From an uncultured Clostridia bacterium (GTDB lineage: Bacteria; Bacillota; Clostridia; Christensenellales; Borkfalkiaceae), in assembly GCA_944341195.1 (NCBI GenBank), contig CALVLX010000018.1:1-34467 (forward strand): a stretch of 34,467 nt of DNA. The letters are read 5' to 3'. This document shows positions 27,388 to 34,467 of this stretch, in pieces (the stretch's first letter is position 1; every line of letters starts with the position of its first letter). A program made the position numbers and the translations under genes. The notes beneath the pieces were generated by a model, which searched no databases, was not told the origin of the DNA, and saw only the letters and a program-made list of their open reading frames with translations.

Positions 27388-27416
27388 ATTTTAATGCAAA
27401 ATGCCCCGTTTAGCAA
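27388..27416 (-). promoter_or_regulatory. Sigma-A-type promoter for typA
   Basis: On the minus strand: TTGCTA (27416-27411), 17-nt spacer, TAAAAT (27393-27388). Confidence 0.55.
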
Positions 27417-27428
27417 ACAAATAGCGGC

Positions 27429-28427
27429 TTATTTATCGTAAAACTGCGTTTTTGTTTGACGTTCAAACAATTTTAAAATAATTTGCATACACTGGCGCTT
27501 TCCGTCGCCGCCCTCGAAGGCGTGCGAGAGGAAACAGGCCTCGTAGACGGCCCCGGTTATGGGCAGATCTATGCCGTACCTTTCACCCAGTTCCTTCATT
27601 GCCTTGGCCGTCATGACGCCTTCGGCAAGTTTATCGAAGCGGACGCCCTGAGCCATAAGTTCGCCGTAACGGCGGTTGTTGGAGTACTCCGAAAAGAGCG
27701 TGGTTTCGTAGTCGCCGAGGTGCGCCAGGCCGTAGGCCGAACTGAAATCGCCGCCCATGGCCTTGATGAGCGAGGCGACTTCGAACGCGCCGCGCGCCAT
27801 GAGGGGGCCCTTGAGCGCGGAATAGCCACAGCCGTCGAGCACGCCCGCGACGATGCCGAGCACGTTTTTTGCCGCGGCGCCCACCTCCGTGCCGATGATG
27901 TCGCTGCCGTAGTAAAAGCGGATGAGATTGCTCTTGAAGGCATCGGCAAGGTATCTGGTGAGATCGGGATTGACGCTGTCTATGAGCATACAGTTGGGAA
28001 TGCCCTTTACAAAGGCCTGGATGTGCCCGGGTCCCACCCACACCGCCGTGTTGAGAGGGGGTATGCCGCACTCCCCAGCGACCTCCGTGAGGCGCTTGCC
28101 CGTGCCCTCCTCTATGCCCTTCATGCAGAGCACGAAGAGTTTTTGCGAGATATCGTATGCCGTGACCTTGGGCAGAAAGGAGCGCAGCGCCTGCGAACTT
28201 ATGGAGATTATTATGACGTCGGCGGAGCCGACCGCGCGCCCGAGATCGCTCGTAAGGCAGATGGAGGGATCGAGGCTGATGTATTCGTTTTTGCCGTTGG
28301 CGAGCAGCTCTTCAAAGGAGGAGCGGCCTCTTTCGCCCCACAGTGTTACGTTGTTTTTTAAGATTGTGGCCTGATACCAGGCGAGGAAGGAACCCCACCT
28401 GCCGCAGCCGAGAACGGATACGTTCAT
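27429..28427 (-). CDS. gpsA: NAD(P)H-dependent glycerol-3-phosphate dehydrogenase
   Basis: 332 aa. N-terminal Rossmann motif VLGCGRWGS and GpsA-like C-terminal domain ([12 protein letters not shown]). The start overlaps the recR stop by 4 nt (ATGA). Confidence 0.8.
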   Translation of the reverse strand: MNVSVLGCGRWGSFLAWYQATILKNNVTLWGERGRSSFEELLANGKNEYISLDPSICLTSDLGRAVGSADVIIISISSQALRSFLPKVTAYDISQKLFVLCMKGIEEGTGKRLTEVAGECGIPPLNTAVWVGPGHIQAFVKGIPNCMLIDSVNPDLTRYLADAFKSNLIRFYYGSDIIGTEVGAAAKNVLGIVAGVLDGCGYSALKGPLMARGAFEVASLIKAMGGDFSSAYGLAHLGDYETTLFSEYSNNRRYGELMAQGVRFDKLAEGVMTAKAMKELGERYGIDLPITGAVYEACFLSHAFEGGDGKRQCMQIILKLFERQTKTQFYDK

Positions 28428-29014
28428 AATGCCTTCCTTTCGGTGAGCGCGCGGGAGAGAGTGACCTCGTCGGTATACTCCAGCTCGCCGCCGATGGGTA
28501 TGCCGTGGGCGAGGCGCGTGACCTTTACGCCCAGCGGCTTAATGAGTTTTGCGATGTACATTGCGGTGGCTTCGCCCTCCACGTCGGGATTGGTGGCCAT
28601 GATGACTTCGGCGACGGTGCCGTCGATGCGGGCGAGCAGTTCCTTGATGCGTATATCGTTGGGGCCTATGCCGTCCATGGGCGAGATGACGCCGTGCAGA
28701 ACGTGGTATACGCCCTTGTATTCGCGCAGTTTTTCCATGGCGACGACGTCGCGCGGATCGCGCACGACGCAGATGACCGACTTATCGCGCGTTTTGCACA
28801 CTTCGCACACCTCGTCTTCGGAGTAGTTGCCGCATATCCTGCAATAGCGAACCTTCCGCTTGCAGTCGATTATGGCGGCGGCGAATTCCTGCGCCTCCGC
28901 CGCGGACATGTTGACTATCTTGTAGGCGTAGCGCTGGGCCGTCTTTTTGCCGACGCCGGGGAGCTTTGAAAACTGATTTATGAGTTTGCCTATAGGCTCT
29001 ATGAAAATTTCCAT
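28424..29014 (-). CDS. recR: Recombination protein RecR
   Basis: 196 aa. HhH N-terminus ([13 protein letters not shown]), C4 zinc finger [16 protein letters not shown] and a Toprim domain. Confidence 0.95.
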   Translation of the reverse strand: MEIFIEPIGKLINQFSKLPGVGKKTAQRYAYKIVNMSAAEAQEFAAAIIDCKRKVRYCRICGNYSEDEVCEVCKTRDKSVICVVRDPRDVVAMEKLREYKGVYHVLHGVISPMDGIGPNDIRIKELLARIDGTVAEVIMATNPDVEGEATAMYIAKLIKPLGVKVTRLAHGIPIGGELEYTDEVTLSRALTERKAL

Positions 29015-29050
29015 TTACCTGAATAATCTATTAAAACTGCCGCGAGCGGC

Positions 29051-29419
29051 TCACATGAGCCCGCCGAGGCCGCCCATATTGCCGAAGGGGCCCATCTTTT
29101 CCTTGTACACTTCGTCGGCCTTTTTATAGCCGTCGTTGACGGCGGCCATGATGAGATCTTCGAGCATTTCCACGTCGTCCTCGTCGGAGAGATCGACCAT
29201 GCCGGAGAGCCCAGATCCGAACTCTATGCCGTTTATCATCTTTTTGGCGTTCATGTAGACGACGACGGTTTCGTCGCCCTCCGTGCCGCCGCCGGACGTG
29301 CCGACTATCTCCCAGTCTTCGAGTTCCTTATCGGCCTGCTGCATCTGCTCCTGCATCTTCTGGGCCTGCTTCATAAGATTTTGCATGTTGCCCATGCCGC
29401 CGCCTTTAAATCCTGCCAT
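29051..29419 (-). CDS. ybaB: YbaB/EbfC-family nucleoid-associated protein
   Basis: 122 aa. MQNLMKQAQKMQEQMQ helix. Canonical position between dnaX and recR. Confidence 0.9.
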   Translation of the reverse strand: MAGFKGGGMGNMQNLMKQAQKMQEQMQQADKELEDWEIVGTSGGGTEGDETVVVYMNAKKMINGIEFGSGLSGMVDLSDEDDVEMLEDLIMAAVNDGYKKADEVYKEKMGPFGNMGGLGGLM

Positions 29420-29503
29420 AATAGAAAAACTCCTTGAATGATTTATTTGCCTGTCAATTTTATTATATGCCCGAATTGCGCGGTGAAGGCGCGCAAGGGG
29501 TTA

Positions 29504-31255
29504 TTACTTGATATCTATATCGATGCCCTTGAAATTTTCTTTAAGTTTGCGTTCGGCCGCCTCCCACTTGCTTTCGCCCCTGGCTTTGAGGCGCACCTCG
29601 TGGGAGAATACACCCAGTTCGGTGAGGGCTTCGCGGATGAAGCGGGAATTTTCCTCGCGGTTCAGCGCCTTGAACACCGCGTCCGTATCGGTGGTGAGGA
29701 TGAGAGTATCGCCTTCGAACGAACTTTCGAGATCCATGCACAGCGTGAAGAGAACAGCATTGCGCCGCGTGGTGCGGAAGAGCCTTAAAAGACGCGCGAA
29801 CACCTTGCTCTTCTGCTCTTCGGTGAGCGAACCGGCCTGCGCGGGGGAATCGGGAGCGCTCTCCCAGAGCGCCGGCTGGACGGCTTCGACCGCGCCCGTC
29901 TCCTCCGGCGGAGGGGACGCCTTTGCAAAGGGATCTTCACCCGGCATGTCCTCCAACGGTTTGGGGTTGCGAGCAGCCTCCCTGTGCCGCGGTTGGGGCG
30001 CGGAAGCTCGGGGGGGCGCGGCGTCGGCGGGGGAATTTTTTTCCTCTGCCCCGCCGTCACGCTTTTCGGCTGTGCCGGACGTGGAGGGAGAGACGGCGCA
30101 TACGCCATCCTCCAACTTTTTTTCGAGCGCGGAGACGCGCGAAATGAGGCTGTCGATATTATAATCGTCCTGCGGAAGGGCGCACTTGAGAACGGCCGTC
30201 TCCAGCGTGACAGCCCCGTTTATGGAATAGCGCATGTCCCCTTCGCAGGCGGACATAATCTCCGTTACGCGCAGTATCCTGTGGCCGTCGGCGCGCTCCG
30301 CCGAGGAATACAGAATGGAGAATCTGTCCTCGGGAAGGGCGAGTATTTCTCTTGCGTTTTTACACAGTTTTGCTATGGCAACATTGTTAAGGAAAGTAAG
30401 GATATCCTTACAGAGCGTGCCCACGCCCTTGCCCGTGGAGAGGACGGCCTCCGTTTCGGAGAGCGCGCCGGAGGCGTCGCCTTCGAGCATGAAGTTGACG
30501 ACCTTTGCCACGGACGAGAAGTCGGCCGCGCCGAGGACGGCGTTGACGTCGTCGTAGGTGAGTTTGCCGGGGGCATACGAGGCGCACATATCGGCTATGG
30601 ACAGGCTGTCCCTTGCGCTTCCCGCGCCCGCGCGGGCTATGGCGGAGACCGCCTCCTCTTCGTACTCCTTGCCCGTCTTATCGAAAACTCTGCGGATGAG
30701 TTCTTCGAGATCTTCGCGCGGGATGAGCTTGAAATCGAAGCGCATACAGCGCGAAAGTATGGTTGCGGGTATCTTTTGGGGTTCGGTGGTGGCGAGAATG
30801 AAGAGCGCGTGCGCGGGGGGCTCTTCGAGCGTCTTTAAAACGGCGTTGAAGGCCGAAGGCGAGAGCATATGGACTTCGTCTATGATGTACACCTTTTTGC
30901 GCCCCGCCACGGGGGGATACTGCACCTTTTCGCGCAGATCCCTCATCTCGTCCACGCCGTTATTGGAGGCTGCGTCTATTTCGACTATGTCCATGTTGGC
31001 GCCCGAAGAGAGCGCCCTGCACGTTTGGCAGACGCCGCAGGGAGAGCCGTTTACGGGGTGTTCGCAGTTGACGGCGCGCGCGAAAATTTTGGCAAGAGTT
31101 GTCTTGCCGGTGCCGCGCGGCCCGCAGAAGAGATAGGCGTGGCCTATTTTATCCGATTGTATCTGATTTTTTAATATTTTGACTATGTGTTCCTGCCTTA
31201 CGACCTCGTCGAACGTGGCGGGGCGGAAGGTGCGGTAGAACGCCAGATAAGCCAT
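29504..31255 (-). CDS. dnaX: DNA polymerase III subunit gamma/tau
   Basis: 583 aa. Walker A GPRGTGKTT, zinc module CGVCQTC and sensor motif ILSRCMRFDF. Pro/Ala-rich linker after about residue 385. AGGAGG Shine-Dalgarno 8 nt upstream, inside the end of sigH. Confidence 0.95.
   Translation of the reverse strand: MAYLAFYRTFRPATFDEVVRQEHIVKILKNQIQSDKIGHAYLFCGPRGTGKTTLAKIFARAVNCEHPVNGSPCGVCQTCRALSSGANMDIVEIDAASNNGVDEMRDLREKVQYPPVAGRKKVYIIDEVHMLSPSAFNAVLKTLEEPPAHALFILATTEPQKIPATILSRCMRFDFKLIPREDLEELIRRVFDKTGKEYEEEAVSAIARAGAGSARDSLSIADMCASYAPGKLTYDDVNAVLGAADFSSVAKVVNFMLEGDASGALSETEAVLSTGKGVGTLCKDILTFLNNVAIAKLCKNAREILALPEDRFSILYSSAERADGHRILRVTEIMSACEGDMRYSINGAVTLETAVLKCALPQDDYNIDSLISRVSALEKKLEDGVCAVSPSTSGTAEKRDGGAEEKNSPADAAPPRASAPQPRHREAARNPKPLEDMPGEDPFAKASPPPEETGAVEAVQPALWESAPDSPAQAGSLTEEQKSKVFARLLRLFRTTRRNAVLFTLCMDLESSFEGDTLILTTDTDAVFKALNREENSRFIREALTELGVFSHEVRLKARGESKWEAAERKLKENFKGIDIDIK
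30087..30122 (-). other. Candidate -1 recoding signal inside dnaX: in-frame A_AAA_AAG heptamer plus downstream hairpin
   Basis: On the minus strand, codons 378-380 are GAA AAA AAG, with the heptamer at 30122-30116. Two nt later an 11-bp bulged hairpin (30113-30087) reads GGAGGATGGCG-TATG-CGCCGTCTCTCC. The -1 frame reads 19 codons and then TGA. Confidence 0.35.
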
Positions 31256-31259
31256 TAAA

Positions 31260-31808
31260 TCAGCCTCCTATTACCTTTTGCAGCTTGCGCTTGGAGCGCG
31301 AGACGGCGTTATCGATGCTTTTATAAGTTTTGCCGAGGGCCGAACACATCTCCGCCATGGAGGCGCCGTCCACATACATGGACATCACCTTGAATTCGAA
31401 CGGCGAAAGATGCCTGCGCATGAGGGCGGAGAGTTCGGTGACGCTCTCCGAGATGATGAGCTCGTCTTCGGGATTGACGGCGGGCGAGGGCACCTCCAGC
31501 GCGCAGCCTTCTATGGGCAGGGAGTTGTTGAGCGCATAGTTTTTGCCGCTCTCCGAGCGGCGGACGGCGTCCGTTATGCGGTTTCTGATGCAGGCGTATG
31601 CGTAGGAACTGAAGTCGCCCTCTTCAAAATTCTGCATGGCCGAATACAGTCCGCACATGCCCTCCTGCACGAGATCTTCCGTATCCCCGCCCGAGAGGAA
31701 GAATGTGCGAGCCACGCGCAGAACGACGTGTTTATATTTGTTGAGCAGCTCTTCGCAGGCGTATTTATCGCCGCCGCGGAAGGCCGAAACGAGTTCGTTA
31801 TCCGTCAT
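31260..31808 (-). CDS. sigH: Sigma-70 family sigma factor, SigH-like
   Basis: Region 2 DLVQEGMCGLY and region 4 KSIDNAVSRSKRKL resemble Bacillus SigH. It sits after mrnC-rlmB as in Bacillus. I prefer ATG 31808 (MTDNELV...), which overlaps the rlmB stop in an ATGA. The ORF-track start 31910 would overlap rlmB by about 100 nt. Confidence 0.75.
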   Translation of the reverse strand: MTDNELVSAFRGGDKYACEELLNKYKHVVLRVARTFFLSGGDTEDLVQEGMCGLYSAMQNFEEGDFSSYAYACIRNRITDAVRRSESGKNYALNNSLPIEGCALEVPSPAVNPEDELIISESVTELSALMRRHLSPFEFKVMSMYVDGASMAEMCSALGKTYKSIDNAVSRSKRKLQKVIGG

Positions 31809-32518
31809 AGGCGCGTCTTTACCACCTCGTAGGCGGCTATGCCCAGGGCCACGGAAGCATTGAGGGAATTGACCTTGCCCCTGAGCGGAATGGAGAGGGT
31901 GAAATCGCACTCCGAGCGGAGCAGTTTTTTAACCCCGCTGTCCTCGCCGCCGACGACGAGCGCGACGTTGCCGGAGAGATCGGCGCTGTAGATATCCGAG
32001 CCGTCGGCTTCAAGCGCGTACAGCCAGAAGCCCGCATCCTTGAGCTTTTTCACCGCGTTGCCGAGCGAATTTACCCTGGCAACTTTGATGTGGTTGGCGG
32101 CTCCGGCCGAGATGCGGACGACCGATTCGGTGACGGAGGCGCAGTTGTGCGAAGGTATGACGACGCCGTCGGCGCCGGCGCACTCGGCCACCCTGATTAT
32201 GGAGCCGAGGTTGTGCACGTCCTCTATGCCGTCGCAGACGACGACAAAACCGCTGCCCGGCCGTGCGGAGGAGATTATATCTTCGAGATCGAAGTACTTA
32301 TAGTCGGTGGAAAAGGCGATACAGCCCTGGTGCCTGCCCGTTACGGAGTGCTTATCGAGAGTGCGCCTGTCTACAAACTGCACGCGCACGCCGGCCGAAC
32401 GGGCCTGTGCAAATATTTTGTTGAGAGAGCCCTGCGGCTCCCTTTCGAGCATGATCTTTTCTATCGTGGCGCCGCTCTTTAAAAGTTCTAAAACGGCATT
32501 TCTTCCCTCTGTCTGCAT
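31805..32518 (-). CDS. rlmB: 23S rRNA (guanosine-2'-O)-methyltransferase RlmB (SpoU family)
   Basis: 237 aa. N-terminal substrate-binding domain (GRNAVLELLKSG) and SpoU motifs (LVVGGEDSGV, IPLRGKVNSLNASVA). Confidence 0.85.
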   Translation of the reverse strand: MQTEGRNAVLELLKSGATIEKIMLEREPQGSLNKIFAQARSAGVRVQFVDRRTLDKHSVTGRHQGCIAFSTDYKYFDLEDIISSARPGSGFVVVCDGIEDVHNLGSIIRVAECAGADGVVIPSHNCASVTESVVRISAGAANHIKVARVNSLGNAVKKLKDAGFWLYALEADGSDIYSADLSGNVALVVGGEDSGVKKLLRSECDFTLSIPLRGKVNSLNASVALGIAAYEVVKTRL

Positions 32519-32522
32519 TGCG

Positions 32523-32921
32523 TCAATCCTCTCTCCGCCCGCCGAGCAACTCGTCTATCCTCTCCTCCCGCCCGGTGAGGTACAAAAAGCCGAGCACGGC
32601 TTCGAACCCCGTGGAGCGGTTGTATTCGGCGACATCGGCGTTCTTGCTCTTTGTGGCCTTTTTTGCGTTGCGGCCGCGCAGGAAAATTTCGCGCTCCTCC
32701 TCGGTGAAGGACTGCTCCAGCGAGGACAGGAGACTGCTCTGCCCGCGGGCGGAGACGGCCGCGGCCGATATCTTTTGGAGGTCGGCAGGTCTTCTGTCCG
32801 CAAGCGAAACTTCGCGGGCGCGCACATAGAGCGTGTACACCGCGTCGCCCACGAACGCAAGCGTGACGGGCGAAAGCTGCCTGGCCTGTTGAGTTGTATA
32901 TACTTTTGCGAGCTTAAACAT
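32523..32921 (-). CDS. mrnC: Mini-ribonuclease 3 (Mini-III)
   Basis: 132 aa from ATG 32921 (MFKLAKVYTT...). LAFVGDAVYTLYVR and STGFEAVLGFLYL motifs. The 293-aa ORF-track version (to 33404) has an implausible upstream extension that overlaps cwlD on the opposite strand. Confidence 0.8.
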   Translation of the reverse strand: MFKLAKVYTTQQARQLSPVTLAFVGDAVYTLYVRAREVSLADRRPADLQKISAAAVSARGQSSLLSSLEQSFTEEEREIFLRGRNAKKATKSKNADVAEYNRSTGFEAVLGFLYLTGREERIDELLGGRRED

Positions 32922-32945
32922 ATATATGTTTAAATTATAGCACTT

Positions 32946-33665
32946 TTGCATAAAAAATGCAATCGTAAAGTAGTATATACCGTGAAAATGTTGATAGTTG
33001 AAAAGAGGATGATAGCCGTGCTGGCATGTATAGTCGTTTGCGCGGCAATTATAGGCGCGGCGGCGGGGATATATTCGGCCTCCTCCCCCTCCGCCATGCC
33101 CGTGATAGTCATCGATGCGGGGCACGGCGGAATAGACGCGGGCGTATACGGCGTAAACACCGGCGTCAAAGAGAGCGACATAAACCTTGCGGTTGCGCGC
33201 GAACTGAAGGGATGCTTTGCCGACGCCGGCTTTGAGTGCGTGATGACGAGGACGACGCAGGCGGGACTGTACGGCAATACCTCCAAGGGATTTAAGATGC
33301 GCGACATGCAGAAGCGCAGGCAGATAATAGAGGACAGCGGCGCGGACATGGTAATTTCCATACATCAGAACACCTGCCCCCTGCCTTCGCGCAGGGGAAG
33401 CCACGTATTTTACGACGAGGCGAGCGGCGAGGGCAGAGAACTTGCGCTCTCGATACAGTCACGGCTGAACGGGCTGTGGAATACGGGCGAAAATTCCGCG
33501 CTGGCGGGCGATTACTACATGCTCAAATGCACTTCCGCACCGTCGGTGATAGTGGAATGCGGATTTTTATCCAACGCGGAGGACGAAGAAAACCTCAACG
33601 ATCCGGACTTTCGCAGGCGGCTTGCCAAGGCAATATTCATGGGTGCGATAACCTATCTTTCGTGA
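32946..33665 (+). CDS. cwlD: N-acetylmuramoyl-L-alanine amidase, CwlD-like (germination-specific type)
   Basis: N-terminal TM segment followed by VIDAGHGGIDAG, ESDINL, ISIHQN and ECGFLSN motifs. The start is uncertain: ATG 32946, 32988 or 33009, or GTG 33018, which has AAGAGG 9 nt upstream. Confidence 0.8.
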   Translation: MHKKCNRKVVYTVKMLIVEKRMIAVLACIVVCAAIIGAAAGIYSASSPSAMPVIVIDAGHGGIDAGVYGVNTGVKESDINLAVARELKGCFADAGFECVMTRTTQAGLYGNTSKGFKMRDMQKRRQIIEDSGADMVISIHQNTCPLPSRRGSHVFYDEASGEGRELALSIQSRLNGLWNTGENSALAGDYYMLKCTSAPSVIVECGFLSNAEDEENLNDPDFRRRLAKAIFMGAITYLS

Positions 33666-33680
33666 CGGAGAGAGCATGAT

Positions 33681-33724
33681 AAAACGCGGTTGCCCCGCAC
33701 ATATGTGCGGGGCAACCGCGTTTT
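33681..33724. terminator. 44-nt perfect palindrome; bidirectional rho-independent terminator
   Basis: AAAACGCGGTTGCCCCGCACAT (33681-33702) pairs perfectly with ATGTGCGGGGCAACCGCGTTTT (33703-33724). The A4/T4 flanks supply a U-tract on both strands. It lies between the convergent cwlD and the 33735-34178 gene. Confidence 0.85.
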
Positions 33725-33734
33725 GAAACACACT

Positions 33735-34178
33735 TTACGACATGAGTATTACAAACATTGCGATGAAAGCGAATACCGTGGCGAGGGCAAAGATTATGCC
33801 CAGAACGGCCACCGCCATATCGAGTGCGCGGTGGGTTACGGGTTGTTCGTCCGGCACGCCGTCGGCGACGTTTTTATTGTACGCGAGCCTGCCGACGCAG
33901 CCCGTGAAAAACATTCTGAACCCGACAAAGGAATACGACGAACAGTATTCCACGGCGGCGAGCCCGACCAATATTGCGAGTATGAGAATGAGCACGCCCA
34001 AAACTTCGCCTGAAAGCATGTTGCTTATCGCCAGGTATTCCAGCCCGAGAGCAGCGCAAAACAACACGGCATACATGAGCATAGTGAACACTCGTATACC
34101 CGCACCGCCCTTTGCGAACGCACGCACTCCGAAGCGGTGTCTGCGTTCGAGCGAAAACAGCCAACTCAAAAAATTCAT
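33735..34178 (-). CDS. Hypothetical small membrane protein
   Basis: 147 aa with three or four hydrophobic segments. GAGGAGGGGG Shine-Dalgarno 5 nt upstream and its own promoter. No family recognised. Confidence 0.6.
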   Translation of the reverse strand: MNFLSWLFSLERRHRFGVRAFAKGGAGIRVFTMLMYAVLFCAALGLEYLAISNMLSGEVLGVLILILAILVGLAAVEYCSSYSFVGFRMFFTGCVGRLAYNKNVADGVPDEQPVTHRALDMAVAVLGIIFALATVFAFIAMFVILMS

Positions 34179-34215
34179 ATTCCCCCTCCTCTGCCGCGCG
34201 GCTCTTATCGATTAA

Positions 34216-34244
34216 ATTGTATCATACGCGTGCAGAGTTGTCAA
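34216..34244 (-). promoter_or_regulatory. Sigma-A-type promoter for the 33735-34178 gene
   Basis: On the minus strand: TTGACA (34244-34239), 17-nt spacer, TACAAT (34221-34216) with TGA (extended -10). Confidence 0.65.
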
Positions 34245-34272
34245 TAGCAAACCGGACGCGGAGGGTGCAAAA

Positions 34273-34300
34273 GCGGCGGACGGCAAGCGCCGTCCGCCGC
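34273..34300 (-). terminator. Rho-independent terminator of the edge-truncated S1-domain gene
   Basis: GCGGCGGACGGC (34273-34284), loop AAGC, GCCGTCCGCCGC (34289-34300), followed on the minus strand by TTTTG. A second bulged hairpin lies at 34324-34349. Confidence 0.75.
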
Positions 34301-34362
34301 GAATTTATTTGAACAGTGAGGGTGTGCGGTGCCGCATTGCGGCGCGCACGCCGGTTAAAAGT

Positions 34363-34467
34363 TTAGGAGAGTTTTTCGAGCAGCTTGAGGTCGATGCCCT
34401 TTTCGCCTATCTTGATTATCTCTACCTTTACGGTGTCGCCGATATTGACGACGTCTTCGACCTTTTC
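34363..34467 (-). CDS. C-terminal 34 codons of an S1 RNA-binding-domain protein (possibly polynucleotide phosphorylase); the 5' part lies beyond the right edge
   Basis: Hand translation of the minus strand gives EKVEDVVNIGDTVKVEIIKIGEKGIDLKLLEKLS*, with stop TAA at 34365-34363. The V.DVV.IGD.V.VK...ID..G...L pattern is the end of an S1 fold as found at PNPase C-termini. Not in the ORF track. Confidence 0.55.
   Translation of the reverse strand, partial: EKVEDVVNIGDTVKVEIIKIGEKGIDLKLLEKLS

Noticed and set aside
29420-29503. SRP RNA or another small RNA near dnaX, as in Bacillus.
   Set aside because: The 84-nt gap between dnaX and ybaB contains only a short hairpin (TTGCGCG-N7-CGCGCAA, 29476-29496). 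The 4-nt gap upstream of dnaX leaves no room. No SRP domain IV-like sequence was seen anywhere in the window.

Overview
This window is mostly core genome from a moderately GC-rich, spore-forming Firmicute. The Clostridia-like assignment is an inference from mrnC-rlmB-sigH synteny, a cwlD-like amidase and a YolD/Y-family polymerase cassette. I can support 29 protein-coding genes: gyrB-gyrA, dnaX-ybaB-recR-gpsA, typA, serS, a phosphosugar mutase, trmL, rdgB plus a YfcE-like phosphoesterase, a Na/Pi-PhoU transporter, a P-type ATPase, an FtsX/MacB-type ABC permease, a NodB deacetylase, several uncharacterised membrane proteins and lipoproteins, and two edge-truncated genes. One of those, at 1-678, is missing from the supplied ORF track. 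Several ORF-track starts are too far upstream and were corrected by hand. I found no rRNA, tRNA, CRISPR array, integrase, transposase, restriction-modification, toxin-antitoxin or other recognisable defence or mobile genes. I do not see a convincing novel multi-gene system. The sequence genes do not explain is two intergenic clusters (1003-1515 and 5027-5593) of one nested-palindromic mosaic repeat family. Its conserved arms TTTGAGATTTCTCC and GTCGAAATGAC clamp variable GC hairpins. The family includes MITE-like units with up to 11-bp terminal inverted repeats, a conserved ~118-bp central module with two hairpins, and tandem 21-31-bp half-units. Each cluster lies next to an AT-rich lipoprotein gene. 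Other items worth a second look are an in-frame A_AAA_AAG slippery heptamer plus hairpin in dnaX, a possibly leaderless rdgB, an unusual M4 motif in the P-type ATPase, an ABC permease with no ATPase partner, a small Cys-rich ORF beside gyrB, and long perfect palindromic terminators. Functional calls rest on motifs I recognise by eye; no database search was possible.
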